Source: Coniocarpon cinnabarinum
Taxonomy: Eukaryota
DNA length: 49,249 nt
Assembly (NCBI GenBank): GCA_051942205.1
Contig: JAVECO010000171.1
Span: 1-49,249, forward strand
Reading direction: 5' to 3'
Positions 23,282 through 35,244 of the stretch are shown piece after piece (the stretch's first letter is position 1; each line of letters begins with the position of its first letter). The notes beneath the pieces were generated by a model that saw only the letters and a list, made by a program, of their open reading frames with translations, did not search any database and was not told the origin of the DNA. The translations under genes were made by a program, and so were the position numbers.

Positions 23282-26215
23282 TCACAGCTCAGAATGCGAC
23301 GAAGAAGCCTCGGCTTCACTAGCTGTGGAACCGGCGCCAGAGCTGGACGATGGGCTACTTGAGCTTCCGGACTTTTTGGAGGATTTTGCTTTGCTCGTTT
23401 TAGACGACTTGTCTGATTTCGACTTGGAGGACTTCGAAGGCTTGACCTGCTTCGATAGCATCCGCGACATAAGTTCATTAAGTTGTTTCGTCCTGGAGTT
23501 CACGTCCGACGAAAAGAATGCCGGATCATCCGACACTGACAACGCTTCTTGTGCACCCGTTTGCTCTTCGAGCCACTCTTTGACCTTTTCGTATTGTCCC
23601 GAAAGCGTCTCGTAGTCAGACTCGGTGTATGGAGAAGTATAAACTGATGGCGTTGGTGCAGCAGTTACAGTGCTACTGGAGGGCTCTTGTTCCAGATCGT
23701 CGAGCCCATATCCATCGTCATAATCAGCATCTTCAATCGAAGAGACAGAAGTGGCAGACGACGTAGACGACGAGGCAGATAATGCGGCATCGGCGGCTTT
23801 GTCAATCAGTTCCCGCATCATCCTCGCAACACTCTCAGTCTGGTTCAAGGTCTTTCTGAGACTCTCCACTGCCGCTGGCCTCTTTTGTTGCTCTTCTTTA
23901 CGCTTTTGAACGGGATTGATGATGGCTTTGAGCTGATCATATCTCTCTTTTACGGTGTCTGTCAGGGCCGAGGCTCCTTCACCATGTAACCAGTCACTTG
24001 TGGAGCTGATCATGTCTTCGATGGCCTTTCTTTGCTCACTGGTCGACACGCCGATGAAGCCTTGGTCTTCTAAGAAGTCTCTTGCACGGTAAGTGTAACT
24101 TTCAAGCGTATTGTATGTCTCTTCGCGTAGGCGTCGCGCCTTGTCAGATGCGTCAAAAGCGGCTATGCGTGCTTGCATGGCTTTGAACTGCTCAGTTGTT
24201 GGCTGTCGAAGGTCAGTCCGACTTTGCTGTATCGCCAAATTGATTGAGATTGTCTTCTTTTCCGGAGCAACCTTGGGGGTCGCTGAAGGACTCGCAGACG
24301 ATGCTGTAGCAGACGAGTTTAATTCAGATGCTGTCTCAGATGCAGCCTCGCTTGGGGGGATGGTCTCGGTAGAGGATACTTCCTCATCCTCGTTGACAAA
24401 GGGTTCCTGATCTTTCTTGCCACCCAGCCCGAAGAGGCCTTTGACACCATCGTACATACTTCCCTTCTTCTCGCTTTCATCCACTTCGCAACTAACACTA
24501 CCAGAGTAGATGTCAGGAAGGCCAGTCATTGGATCCAGTCTTGCAGCAAGTGTTGTCTTGATGTTGTCTTTGCTACACCCATGTTTCGACACAAGCTCTG
24601 CCTGTGAAGCTGTGAGATTGCCAATTTTAAATTCATTGATCGTTCGCTCCACCGTGGCGCCTCCAGATATCGCCGCCACCTGTTGGCTGAAGGCGACAAA
24701 TGCATCTTCTGAAATGTTGAATGGCAACTGTTTCACTGTACCAGCCTGCGAAGTTGGCACGAAGACTTTCTGTGATCGTTCCTTGCCATTTGCAGTCCAT
24801 CTCAAAGTTGCGGCGTAGTTGGCAGCGTCGTTGCTCTTGATATCCTTAACTTTGAAACTTGGACTAAGACCGGCTGCTTTGAAGGCAGCACCAAAGACCG
24901 CCGCTTCGTCGGCGTTGACGTTCGACTTGAGCTTCGCAGGGTCGCCTACGAGTGACTCAAGGCTTTTCTGAACAAACGGCGTCCGCACCATGCCACCATG
25001 CAGAACGATGGAATCAAGTTCTGCCAACTGCAGCTTTGCACCTGCCAGTGCGTCCTGAATGGGCACCGCAATGCGGTCACTGTAAGATGCCGCGAGAGTC
25101 TCGAAGTCGGTCCGGGAGAGCTTGTATTTGAAGTCTATGTCCTCGTACAAGCTTTCCATGTTTGCAGTTGTTGCGGTGTTGGCGCTCAACACTTGACGCA
25201 ACCGCTCAGCTTCTCTCCAGAGTTTTGCCATCGCGCGACCATGACTCTTCACTGATGTTGCTTCGATGCCCTGTGTTTTTGCAGCGCTCGATCCGATGAA
25301 CTTCTCAACCATGTCGTCCACGATCAGCTCGTTGAGCACATCACCACCAAGCGTTCGATCCCATGCAGTGCCGATAACGTTGACCTCTTGGACCGTCTTG
25401 TTGAATCTGCCAACATCTTTTACGGTACGCGCTTGGAACCGCAAGACAGACGCGGTCGTCGAGCCTGCGCCCATATCGTAGACGAGATGGTACTCTGCTT
25501 TCTCCCCTTGATCGACATTGGGAAACTTTCTGGGTGTAGCGTAGTTGAGTCCTACAGCCAACCCATCTGAAACCAAGCTCATGACCTCGAGACCAGCAAG
25601 CTGTGCGGCGAGTTCGACTGCTCTTCTTTCATCGACTGTATAGAATGCCGGGACCGTGATCACAGCGTTCTGGACGGAGTAGCCCTTCCCTGCCATGACC
25701 TCCGCATTTTGCTTGATGTTTGCCATTTCCATGGCCAGGAGTTCTTCCACTGTGAATGACTCTTGCGCCTTTCCTGGGGTTGCAAAGGAGACGTGCGTGC
25801 CATCTTTAGGTTTCTCTAGTTTCAAGCCGGGGAATCGGTTGCCGTAGGCTTGCACAGCGGTTTCTGTATCTGCTAGGGATCCAAGGAGTGGTTTGAGGTT
25901 TGGATAGACATCGTTGGAGAAACGCGGGGCGACTGCGAGCGCATCGCTCCCGTACAGACGCTCAGGTAGCTGTTCACTGTTTGCGCTGGGCTTGAAACCA
26001 ATGGCAGCAGCCTCTTTGCGTTTTGAGTCTTTGGTCAGGACAATGTCCAGAGGAACACCGGGCTTCACTAGAGCAGCTTTGATGTACTCGGTACCGACAT
26101 CAAGACCGATGACCGCAGAAGCCGCGCTGGCTGTTTGAATGCAGATACAGAAAATTAGTGTGAGAAGTATGGGCAAGTTCGGCGTCCAGGTCCGCCGCCG
26201 ACCAGTCAGTGCCAT
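23282..26215 (-). CDS. LHS1: ER-lumenal Hsp70/Grp170 nucleotide-exchange factor LHS1 (HYOU1)
   Basis: Signal peptide; VIGLDVGTEYIKAALVKPGVPLDIVLTKDSKRKE, YDMGAGSTTA, NVNADEAAVFGA; C-terminal HSEL. Confidence 0.93.
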   Translation of the reverse strand: MALTGRRRTWTPNLPILLTLIFCICIQTASAASAVIGLDVGTEYIKAALVKPGVPLDIVLTKDSKRKEAAAIGFKPSANSEQLPERLYGSDALAVAPRFSNDVYPNLKPLLGSLADTETAVQAYGNRFPGLKLEKPKDGTHVSFATPGKAQESFTVEELLAMEMANIKQNAEVMAGKGYSVQNAVITVPAFYTVDERRAVELAAQLAGLEVMSLVSDGLAVGLNYATPRKFPNVDQGEKAEYHLVYDMGAGSTTASVLRFQARTVKDVGRFNKTVQEVNVIGTAWDRTLGGDVLNELIVDDMVEKFIGSSAAKTQGIEATSVKSHGRAMAKLWREAERLRQVLSANTATTANMESLYEDIDFKYKLSRTDFETLAASYSDRIAVPIQDALAGAKLQLAELDSIVLHGGMVRTPFVQKSLESLVGDPAKLKSNVNADEAAVFGAAFKAAGLSPSFKVKDIKSNDAANYAATLRWTANGKERSQKVFVPTSQAGTVKQLPFNISEDAFVAFSQQVAAISGGATVERTINEFKIGNLTASQAELVSKHGCSKDNIKTTLAARLDPMTGLPDIYSGSVSCEVDESEKKGSMYDGVKGLFGLGGKKDQEPFVNEDEEVSSTETIPPSEAASETASELNSSATASSASPSATPKVAPEKKTISINLAIQQSRTDLRQPTTEQFKAMQARIAAFDASDKARRLREETYNTLESYTYRARDFLEDQGFIGVSTSEQRKAIEDMISSTSDWLHGEGASALTDTVKERYDQLKAIINPVQKRKEEQQKRPAAVESLRKTLNQTESVARMMRELIDKAADAALSASSSTSSATSVSSIEDADYDDGYGLDDLEQEPSSSTVTAAPTPSVYTSPYTESDYETLSGQYEKVKEWLEEQTGAQEALSVSDDPAFFSSDVNSRTKQLNELMSRMLSKQVKPSKSSKSKSDKSSKTSKAKSSKKSGSSSSPSSSSGAGSTASEAEASSSHSEL

Positions 26216-26696
26216 GTCGAGCTAGCAGAAACCTGTAAAATCGCAGAATTTGGTCTGAATCATTTAGCCATGATGATCCGAGTCCTCGATTTACTCTAGG
26301 ACCGTCCTCAGTCTGATGTTCACAGGCTATTGAGGGTGTGCTGTTTCATGAGTGGGTGGTCTGAGCGTGGAACTTTTTTGCATGGGTTGCGGTTTGGCCA
26401 GCTGTCCTTTTCGCATCGCTGCAACATCGAATTTCGGACTTCCACATTTCGTCGCGCAGTCATTGGAATGCTGTCACCGTGCCAGCCATCAAACTATCAT
26501 CCGAAGAGAAAGCATGACACAAATTGTGCACGTTGGGTTGCTAACGCAACGCGGAAGTGCTCGCGCCGCCGTGATGGATCTGGAGAACATCACATTAAGT
26601 GCACTTTTCCAACTCAAAACTCGCCGCATTTGAGTCTCAGAGCGATTTAAAATCATTTGCTCAATCGTCATTCCCTAGGAATTGTTCCACCGTTTC

Positions 26697-27374
26697 TCAC
26701 AGCTTCGATTCCTTGCTCTTCAATGCCTTCAACGCTTCATCGAATCGGACGAACTCGTCGCTCCTCTTCGCCGGCCCACCCCACCTCACAACACCATCCC
26801 CATCCACTGCATAAGCTCCAGATGTTTGCCATCGACTACCGCTCTCCGTCGATCTGACCTTGATACCCGCATCTTTTCCCAGTCGGTACACATTGATAAA
26901 GTTGGCCGGATTGGCAAGATGCATCCAACTTGATACACCCAATCCCCATTTCGCATACAGTGAACGCTTGTCATCCACAACGACTTGCACATCGCCCGGC
27001 CCATTCAGATCACTGAGCCACTTGTCCGTTGACTGCTTGTTCGAATGTGAGACGGCGACACAACATACAGACGGATTTACATCGGCGACGTCTCGTAATG
27101 CTAAGAAGGTTCGCTCGGCGACTAGAATACACCAACATCAGAATGCAAGCACAGCTGTGGGCTCCTTGAGAGCAGAAATAGTTGGCCCAAGCTGCGGCAG
27201 ACACATACAGGGACAACCACAGTGCCGCAGAAATACAACAATTGTAGGTTTTGCCACTACTGCCGGCATGGAGAGCTGCTCTGTCGACGGCGCCCAGTCA
27301 CCCGGTCGTGGAACAGGACCAAGGTCAAGCTGTTGTGGCGCCCTCCAAGACTTAAGCTCTTGCTGTAGTGTCAT
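26697..27374 (-). CDS. AhpC/TSA-like (peroxiredoxin-like 2) thioredoxin-fold protein with PTS1, 2 exons
   Basis: PTIVVFLRHCGCP|FAE across one intron, VAVSHS, VVVDDKRSLYAKWGLG, SGSRWQTSGAYAVD..GVVRW; ends ESKL-stop. Confidence 0.85.
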
Positions 27375-28163
27375 TGTCGTGCTCGCCGTTTACCGTATAT
27401 CTCTAGCTGGGTGCAAGAATTGAGCTAGACAGAAGACTTTTTTTGTAAAATGAAATACAACATAGCTCGTCGAATCTATGACTATGTCCGCCAAGCTCTA
27501 CGCGTGAATCGACCCTTCATGACTACCTGAGCTTCAATAATCGATTTTGAGACGATGACACTCAAGCTCGATCTCTGGCGGGGTAGCACGCATAGACATT
27601 CTTCTACAGACCGAGGGCTCGGAGAATCACAAAAACGTTCAACATACATGGTTCCAGCAAAGCATCACGCCAATCCTGTCCAGGTCTTGAACGGCTTGTA
27701 TTGTTGTGAGTGCGTGCAAGGCTCGAAGGTTTTATCCTCAGCACCGACATGCGGTCTACCATTAACTCATCGCATAGTGACACCGTAAAGCTTTGCCTAA
27801 CGGCCGGCGACCTACACGTATCCAGTACACCTCTGTGAGAATAACAGCTATGTTGTTTCGAAGCATTATCCCCTCATCCTGACTGCAACACTTCTTTGGC
27901 CATTTGAGAGATAGATCAACCACGGCAGCCGGATGGCGCGGTGCCTGCGACGAAAGCATTGGAAATATCGTGTTTTTCATGCTGGGTCAGTGCACGTTGT
28001 CTGGAGATTTCAGGCAATCGCAATTCCTCGCTGTCGTTGAGTGAGACAACATTGGATTCGGACAGCGGTCCCTACGACTTGTCGTCCTGCACGCATCGTC
28101 AGGTGCCTACTAATGGTCCTCTATGTCTTACTTCATGGCTCTCTGAATCTTCTTCCTCTCGTT

Positions 28164-31045
28164 CTAGCCAATCAGTATCTCAGCAGCATCCACGCCCGGG
28201 AGAATGACATCCTCTGGCCATTCGTACAGCCCTTTCCATGTCCACTTCGGCCATTCAACAGGCTCCGGGAATGATAGAGGATATTCGTCTTCATGACGAG
28301 GTATAGCCACGGCAGATAAACCTTGGGACTCGCACACAGCCATCAAGCTCCCATGTGTGGACCCTCGATACTCTACTGATGGGTAGTCAATGGAGTGTAG
28401 ATGCGGCAAGGCAGGTCGCATGGCTCGTGAAATATCTGGACTTGCGGTGTTAGGGGCATCCGATATGTCTGGTTGCATCAGCAATCCGTAGCCGCCTTCA
28501 CCGAGCAACTGCGTTTGAACCTTATTGCACTCTGCTACAAAATCAGATGGGACCTTCTGCTCGAAGCGTAGTCGTTCATATCCTAAACTGATGCTTTGCC
28601 ACCTCAAAGACTTCTTTCCTTTCAGAGGAAATTTGAAGCATCTCCAGACGCCACGGAGACCTTCTTCCATGACGAAAGCTGCTCGCGTCTCTTCTCCATC
28701 ATAGGCTCGGTAGAAACGCCGGTCCTCGCCCCATTGCTGACGCGCTGCATTAGGTGTCCTTGGAGCCCAACTAAGACCGGGAGCATCCAAACGTGGAGAC
28801 GAGGACATCAAGAATCCCGTTGGTATCCAGGTATCCCGCTGGCTGTGCCATAACTTGACTGGGTCTGCGAATGGCTCGGTGTTGCGGATAAGGAGACTCC
28901 AGATGCGTGTCTCGTCTCGCTCCTCCCGTGCTGGACGGTAACTCAGTTGTGCAGCTGCTCGGTGGATTTTCGTGATGGTCTCTCCGGGCTTGAAGGCACG
29001 GTGCGGGTTTGGGCCTATACCTGCAGTTGTTCTCGAAGGGTAAAGATGAGAAGCTGACAAGGCTAGAATGCTGAGATCGATGTGCCCGCAGTCGTGCACT
29101 ATCCGTGCGATATCGATGAAGCGAACTACACAATTATGACTGCACAGAAGACGCAGGTTCTCGCGTGCCTAGTGTCATTCAGTTAGCTACACATGATTTT
29201 CTTGAGTGTACAAGGCACAATGCTTTGAGGAAGCTTAGATGCAGGCCAATCTTTGTCATGGGATACGTTACGTCTGCTTAAAACTGACAAGGCTTGTAAG
29301 GAGGTACCGAGCCATCAAACAGAGCAAGGATATCCACAGTGATCACTGAGCTGGCCAACTCACCTTCACGCATTCCAAGAACGTCCAGGCACGAACGTTC
29401 CAATCACAAACAAGAAGAGTAGCAATGACTTGTTCGCACGCTTGAACTGTATCCTCGTTGATCTCAGGTTCATCAAAGTTCGCCTTCGTCATGTCGATTG
29501 ACATTAAATCTCTATCGCAAACGAGCATCATCCCACACGTGACGAAAATATTGTTGATATCGTTGATGGCCTCGTTTTTTAGCGCGCTTTCGTCCGGTAT
29601 GCACGGCGTATCCATCCAGAATGAGTCACAATCCAGCTGTCGTGCTAAACGAGTGAAACGTCGATACAGACAGACGTTCATCCCTGTCTCTGGCCGACCG
29701 CCCATGCCGTGAATCCAGACATGAGAAACAGCTAGTGTTCTTTCCGTGACCTGGCAATATCTAATGTTTGCAACAGTCAGAATATAAGCCATGTGAGTAG
29801 GGTGAGGAGTCCTTCGGGGCCACACGACACGGTAAGGTATCTTCCAGCATGCACTTACCTTATCTCACCAGGCTCCTCATCTTCAGGCGCAAGCATGATT
29901 CCCCTAGGTCTGTCGCACTCCAGATACGACGCCTTGTTCCACGCCAATTTTCCACATGTATCCAAGCCCGTGCAAGTCTCATCATGGGCTGACTGATCCT
30001 CGACACCCTGCATGTTAGCGAATCGCTGACAACGGTCTGGGCGAGTGCCATCACAGACAGGCCCATTGGCGCCGTCCGATCCAGGATTGCATCTCGCCGG
30101 CAATTCGCCAAAACGTGCGTTGAAACGTGCATGGAATACACTCAGGTCCGCAGCCACTGCAACCTCAGTCGAATGCACCAGCTCCAGTGCCCAGCTGCAC
30201 ATGTAGTCACTCTTCCCTCTTTTGGCCATCTTCCTGATCACGTCTGATAAAGGGATACCAGGTGCCGGAAGGGTACGTCTGAGTATGTAGTCCCTCTCAT
30301 CAAAATCCACTTGAAAGCCACGAGAGATCTGTAAAGACTGCATCTGATGGAAGTATATGAAGACTAAGCGCTGCCATGACGTCCAAAGAAAGGTGCGCAC
30401 CGACAACCATCGCAACAGCATCGGCTTTTGCTCTGGTTCCGCTGAAATGATCGAAGAGATCTCGAGCAGTTCTGAGGTCATTGTAATGAGCTTCCATACG
30501 TCTGGATTCACCATGCCGCCGTCTCCGCGGATCCGCTGGCTAAGAGCGAGGAAAGTTATCAGGATCACGTTACGAGACATTGCACGCGACAGTTCCCACT
30601 CTTCCCACCTGAACTGTGGCGGACTGACCGTTTCCTGCTCGTCATTATTTAAGCTGACTGCAAGGTCCTTTGACATTCCTTCAAAATCTGGTAGCTCAGT
30701 GGAGCATTTTGGCAGCCGTTGCAGCACATCATACGCTCTCTCAGGTGTTGCTTCAGCACCTGGCCGTGGCACAGACAGGACAGTGTCCATGTTGGAAGTG
30801 AAATGCTGAGAGTACAACTCATCCAGTGTTCGAAAGTTCTCTGATGGTTGCTCGGTACATGATAGGAACTCGAAGCAACGATCGCGTACATACTTCAGAC
30901 GATAAGGGGCGCTGTGGACGTAGAATCTAGGCAGGTCCGCAGTTGGGAACTCCGTAAACTCGGCGTAGACTTTGGGACCTTCTACGGATTTTGTCCACAC
31001 CTTTCGAACACGCTCCAAGCTTACAGTGTCGTTTCGTACTGCCAT
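28164..31045 (-). CDS. Large HET-domain protein with Cys/His-rich pre-HET module (exons 31045-29859, 29760-29364, 29168-28164)
   Basis: Exon 2 carries the HET core LAVSHVWIHG.GGRPE, SFWMDTPCIP, AINDINNIF, LVCDRDL, CDWNVRAWTFLE. Exon 3 has LSYRPA..IWSLL, TGFLMSS, SWAP. Splice sites restore frame. Confidence 0.85.
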
Positions 31046-31662
31046 TTCGTAGATGATCGGCCTTTGTGCAGCGTGTCCTATGCGAGGCGTTGACCCAGGT
31101 GGCCTGCATGCTATGTGGAGTATGAGTCAAGTTTCTAATAGATTTCAAATCACTAGTGCTCAGTATTCGAGCAAAGCTGACTGGGAATACATCCCGCTAG
31201 CCGTCTTCAACTACACACGTTGCTGATCATCGACCTTTCAATGTGCTAGTGAGGTCTTTCCGCCAAGCATGAGCGTGCGGCGACTTGCTGACTGCATGGT
31301 CCGTGTTGGGTGATGCAGGCGAAAGGCACGTGCTGCTCGTATCTTCCCCAAATCAATATTGTCAGCGTGACGCTGTCGCCCTTGACGCTCGTATGTAAAT
31401 GCATTTGACGTCTGAGTTCTCAGGCAAACACCTCTTTCAAGTCAGAATATCGTCTTCACAAGTCTGCCAGGGTGGGGTATTCTGCAACATTCACGAGGTT
31501 AAAGGTCAAGATGAAGTCCAGTTATACCTTTGCCTAACCAATGCTGTCGCTGTCGCTGTCACGGTCTCTGCCGTCCTGCTCTGACCTTTAAGCTATGCAG
31601 CACCCCAAAGAAAGACTTTTTATTTTATATATCACAAAACGTTCAAGCTGTGAGTAACTCGA

Positions 31663-31734
31663 GGCCTTGTGGCCTAATGGTAAGGCGTCAGATTTCGGCT
31701 CTGAAGATTGTGGGTTCGAGTCCCATCGAGGTCG
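31663..31734 (+). tRNA. tRNA-Arg (anticodon TCG), intronless
   Basis: Cloverleaf: acceptor GGCCTTG/CGAGGTC, D arm GCCT/AGGC, anticodon arm TCAGA-TTTCGGC-TCTGA, T arm GTGGG-TTCGAGT-CCCAT, discriminator G. Confidence 0.95.
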
Positions 31735-31762
31735 TTTTTGCTTTTTGCTGTTTTTGTTTTTT
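31735..31762 (+). terminator. RNA polymerase III oligo-T terminator
   Basis: Four successive runs of 5-6 T immediately after the tRNA. Confidence 0.8.
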
Positions 31763-32679
31763 GCTTTCGTCTGTGTGATCTTTGCTTTTAGCACGAGCAT
31801 CCTAAGTGGGTGAATGTGTATTTCTATATTCCGTGACTATATCCTCTGAAATTCCGTAATGTATCTCTATCTCGCTTGTGCATCTTTTTTTTTATAGCAG
31901 CTGCTGGCGAGACATCTAACATCTTCTCTTCCTTGCCTCTGCCTCTACTGGCTGTATACATACATACGGAGCGCCAATTGACTAATCCTCGGAGCCAGAA
32001 AAGAAGGCACAGGTTGCTGATGTCTTTTCGCTCGGCTGCGTCTTCAGCGAGGTGCTCACCGTAGGCACAGGCGAGGCCTCGAAGAATACAGACAATTCCG
32101 ATTTATCTAAAGTATTTCGAACCTTTTTGCCTTCCACAAAAGCCTACAGAAGGTTCTCGCTTGGCTGGAAGACATACACCCTCCCAGAGACTCGATCGGC
32201 AACCTGCTTCTTGATCAGACGTTTACGCTGCTAGAGCTTGATCTTTCGAAGAGGAAGCGAATAAAAGAAATTGAAGCGGAAATATCCGAACTCAGGAGAA
32301 ATGGGTGGGGCCGTTCTCTGTTCAGCCTGCTTCTAATGGAAACGTTGTATCTAGTGCAGATGTTAATGTGATGGTTGTCGATTCGACGTCTGACATTCAA
32401 GGTGTATACGGGATGTCTCATCCATACAGCAAGGAGCCTGGCGTCCTGACCTCCGAACGATGTTCCCTGCGCCTGGCGCAGGCCCATACACAATAAGAAC
32501 GTCAATCTGTGGACAGGTAATCAGGTGTCCGGTAATGACTCTAGCATGAAAGTCTTCGCACCTCATTTGCAGCACAGATTTGAACCTTCCGCTCATAAGC
32601 TCATCATTGACCGATAGTGAGATGCCTTTCAATTTCGCGATCACTGACGCTGCATTAGATGGTAGACGTCTCGCAAAAT

Positions 32680-33830
32680 TCAAGTGTGTTTGAGAGGAGC
32701 ATCAAAACGATCAAGCTCGTCGGCCCATGGTATACCTTGCTGGGCACCCATATTCATGATTGCCAGTGCTGAAGTTTTGTTCGCTCGATCGACTGCACGT
32801 TTGATGTCAAAACACCACTGGCCGGCTTTCTTTCTGCTCCAGCTCTTTCTGTCGTAGATATTCCGACGCATTTGCGCCTGTAAATGTATCTCTAATATCA
32901 CAATTAGTCTCGTTTCAGTATGCGTTCGTATTGAACACACCCTGCGCCTGTAGCATCGACCACATTGACATCATAAGCTGGACAGTGGCCTTCTTCCACA
33001 GCATTGGCATAGTATGCTCCTTTGGCTCCTAAAGTAATAACAACGTTCTTCACGCCGTGATAGAGAAATTCATGGCAAATCTCCGGCCAAGTATCTGCGT
33101 TAATCTCGTGCAAATCCCGGCCTGACATGATGGCTGCCTCGGAATCGTTGACCAGTAAGTGAATCAAGTGACATGTTTGATTCGTTATCGGATATGCCGG
33201 TGCAGCGTTCAAGCAGAAATCAACGCCAGCCAGACCAGCGGTCTCGATCATCTGCTCCACAACCTCTGTCAGGACCTCCATCTGCGCAACGCAGAGGTCG
33301 GGTATCACGCCGCGACCCAGATCTTCGGCTTTGAGGAAGTTTTCCCTCCTCCAGGCTGCGGTCGCGCCGAGGGCGAAGAGGCGCCGGCTGTCGCGCGTGT
33401 CATTCTCGATCATGACGAAACAGATGCTCGACTGACTGTTGGGCACGGTAATAACGCCAGATGTGTCCACGCCGTTCTTGCTCAGTTCGGCATAGAACTC
33501 TTCGCCATATTGATCATCGCCAACAGCACCGATCATTCTCACTTGATGTCGAGTCCGTCGTCAGAGTAGTCGCCGGGATGTTCGTGCTCTAGAACCGGCT
33601 TTTCATCGGATGAAGGCTGTGTTTGTAGGACTGCTTGCTCACGTGCTTTCGCTAACGCTGGCGTAGATGTTCAAGTCCTGTACGTCGCAATAGACGAGTT
33701 GGCACCCTTTCCGCCCAGCGTTTCTAGATACTCGTTTGCCAAGATGCTCTCGCCACGGTCTGGAATGCGAGTCGAAATCATGATGAGATCGTAGTCTAGT
33801 CCACCGATGACAGATATGATTTTGGGCGGC
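32680..33830 (-). pseudogene. Ribokinase (PfkB family) pseudogene
   Basis: ISVIGGLDYD..RIPDRGE..GGKGANS, MIGAVGDD, NAAPA, LLVN.SEA, ITLGAKG, VVDATGAG|DTF. In-frame TGA at 33673-33671, a frameshift near 33543 and another near 32835. Confidence 0.8.
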
Positions 33831-34265
33831 ATTTTGTCCACTGGGGACCGAGGCCCTTGAGAGCACGAGCAGTTGTTGAAGATGCGACAGACAAAATCCT
33901 CTACCCTGTACAGTGATTCGTCTTGTCGCTTCAGCCCCACAAATAGTCTCAACTCGTCATAGCTCGCCCCTCTTAGACAGACGGGCACAGGTATGGTTTG
34001 GAGGACTTTGGCGTGTTCAAATAGAGAACACGTGTGTATGGTAGCCTCAGCTGGTGCCTATGCTGTAATTTCGTCTAAATCCTGCTCTTAATCCCTAAAT
34101 GGGATTGCACGACGGAGCTGAGCTCTGGGTAGATTGCAAGAGGGAGAATCAAGCTCTGGAAGAAAAGTCAATGTGTTTTGAAATTCATTATTACATAGCC
34201 GAGATGGCCGAGAAATCATACACACAATCCACCGCTTTCCGAGCCTCGACAAGTCGACCGCCGTC

Positions 34266-35244
34266 CTAAGCCGACTTGCGGTTTAGCCCTTGCCTTTTTC
34301 GCTCAGCGAGGTCGCCCTCTGCGAGCCATTGGCTTGCGCGTATGAGCTGGACCACGTTCACCCACTGCTTGACCGCCATTCCGAGAAAGCTGACGCCAGC
34401 AAGAATCCACGGGATCATGCTGTCCATCTTGTTCGCGCGTGCCATCTCCATGGCGTGTGCGCTCCAGGGCGTGGTCCAGAGAATGGAGGGACTTGACGGC
34501 GTGCCAGGTGAAGACGGGTATTTCTCCTGCCCCTTAAGCAGGGATGGCGATAGCTTCGGCGAAGAGAATGACAAGAGGTAGAGCGCGATGAAGAAGAGTT
34601 CGTTGAGTGCGCAGAACGTGAAGAGGGTGGTCTGGTTTATGATCAGCATTTATGCTCCATGCATTGGGTGTGGCGACCTACATTTGACGAGTAATACCAA
34701 GTCAATATCCAGCTTCGGCCCTCATCGATCTTCTTGTGGCTTTGGCTTTTCCCGCCCATGGTGAGCGTGGCGTACATGTGCATGTAGTGGCTCGCCAGAT
34801 CCAGCGAGATGAGGAATTGGAAAACAATGCTCCATCTCGGGAATGCGCTTGCTAGGAATACCAGCAGGCATGATGTAGTACATCGATCAGTAACCATATC
34901 CAAGACTGCACCGAACTTAGTCGACTGCTGGTATCTACGCGCGGCGACTCCATCGAGCGCGTCTAGGAGGCATGAGACGCTGTAGAGGAAGGAGCAGGTG
35001 CGAGGATGCAAGGGCATGTAGTAGAGTGAAGCTACGCCGAGGACAATGCGTGAATAGCCTACCAGGTAACGCGTTAGTTGACCATTGCAAATTCACAGAA
35101 TGGGCTATGATAGCGGATGATAGCCTCACCGATAAGATTGGGGATGAAGGTGAATATGTTTTCCTCGTGCTCTGGTTGGGACGCTTGAGCAGGCGTCATT
35201 GCGGAACCATTACTGTGAAGACGAGGGCTCTTTCGAGCGCTCAT
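34266..35244 (-). CDS. PIS1: Phosphatidylinositol synthase (exons 35244-35130, 35058-34682, 34631-34266)
   Basis: ENIFTFIPNLIG|YSRI, LLDALDGVAAR..QSTKFGAVLDMVTDRC (CDP-alcohol phosphotransferase motif), LDLASHYMHMY, CALNELFF. Confidence 0.95.

Noticed and set aside
26270..26317. C/D-box snoRNA-like ATGATGA...CTGA
   Set aside because: Only ~47 nt, no convincing terminal stem or guide sequence, and it lies antisense to the LHS1 leader.
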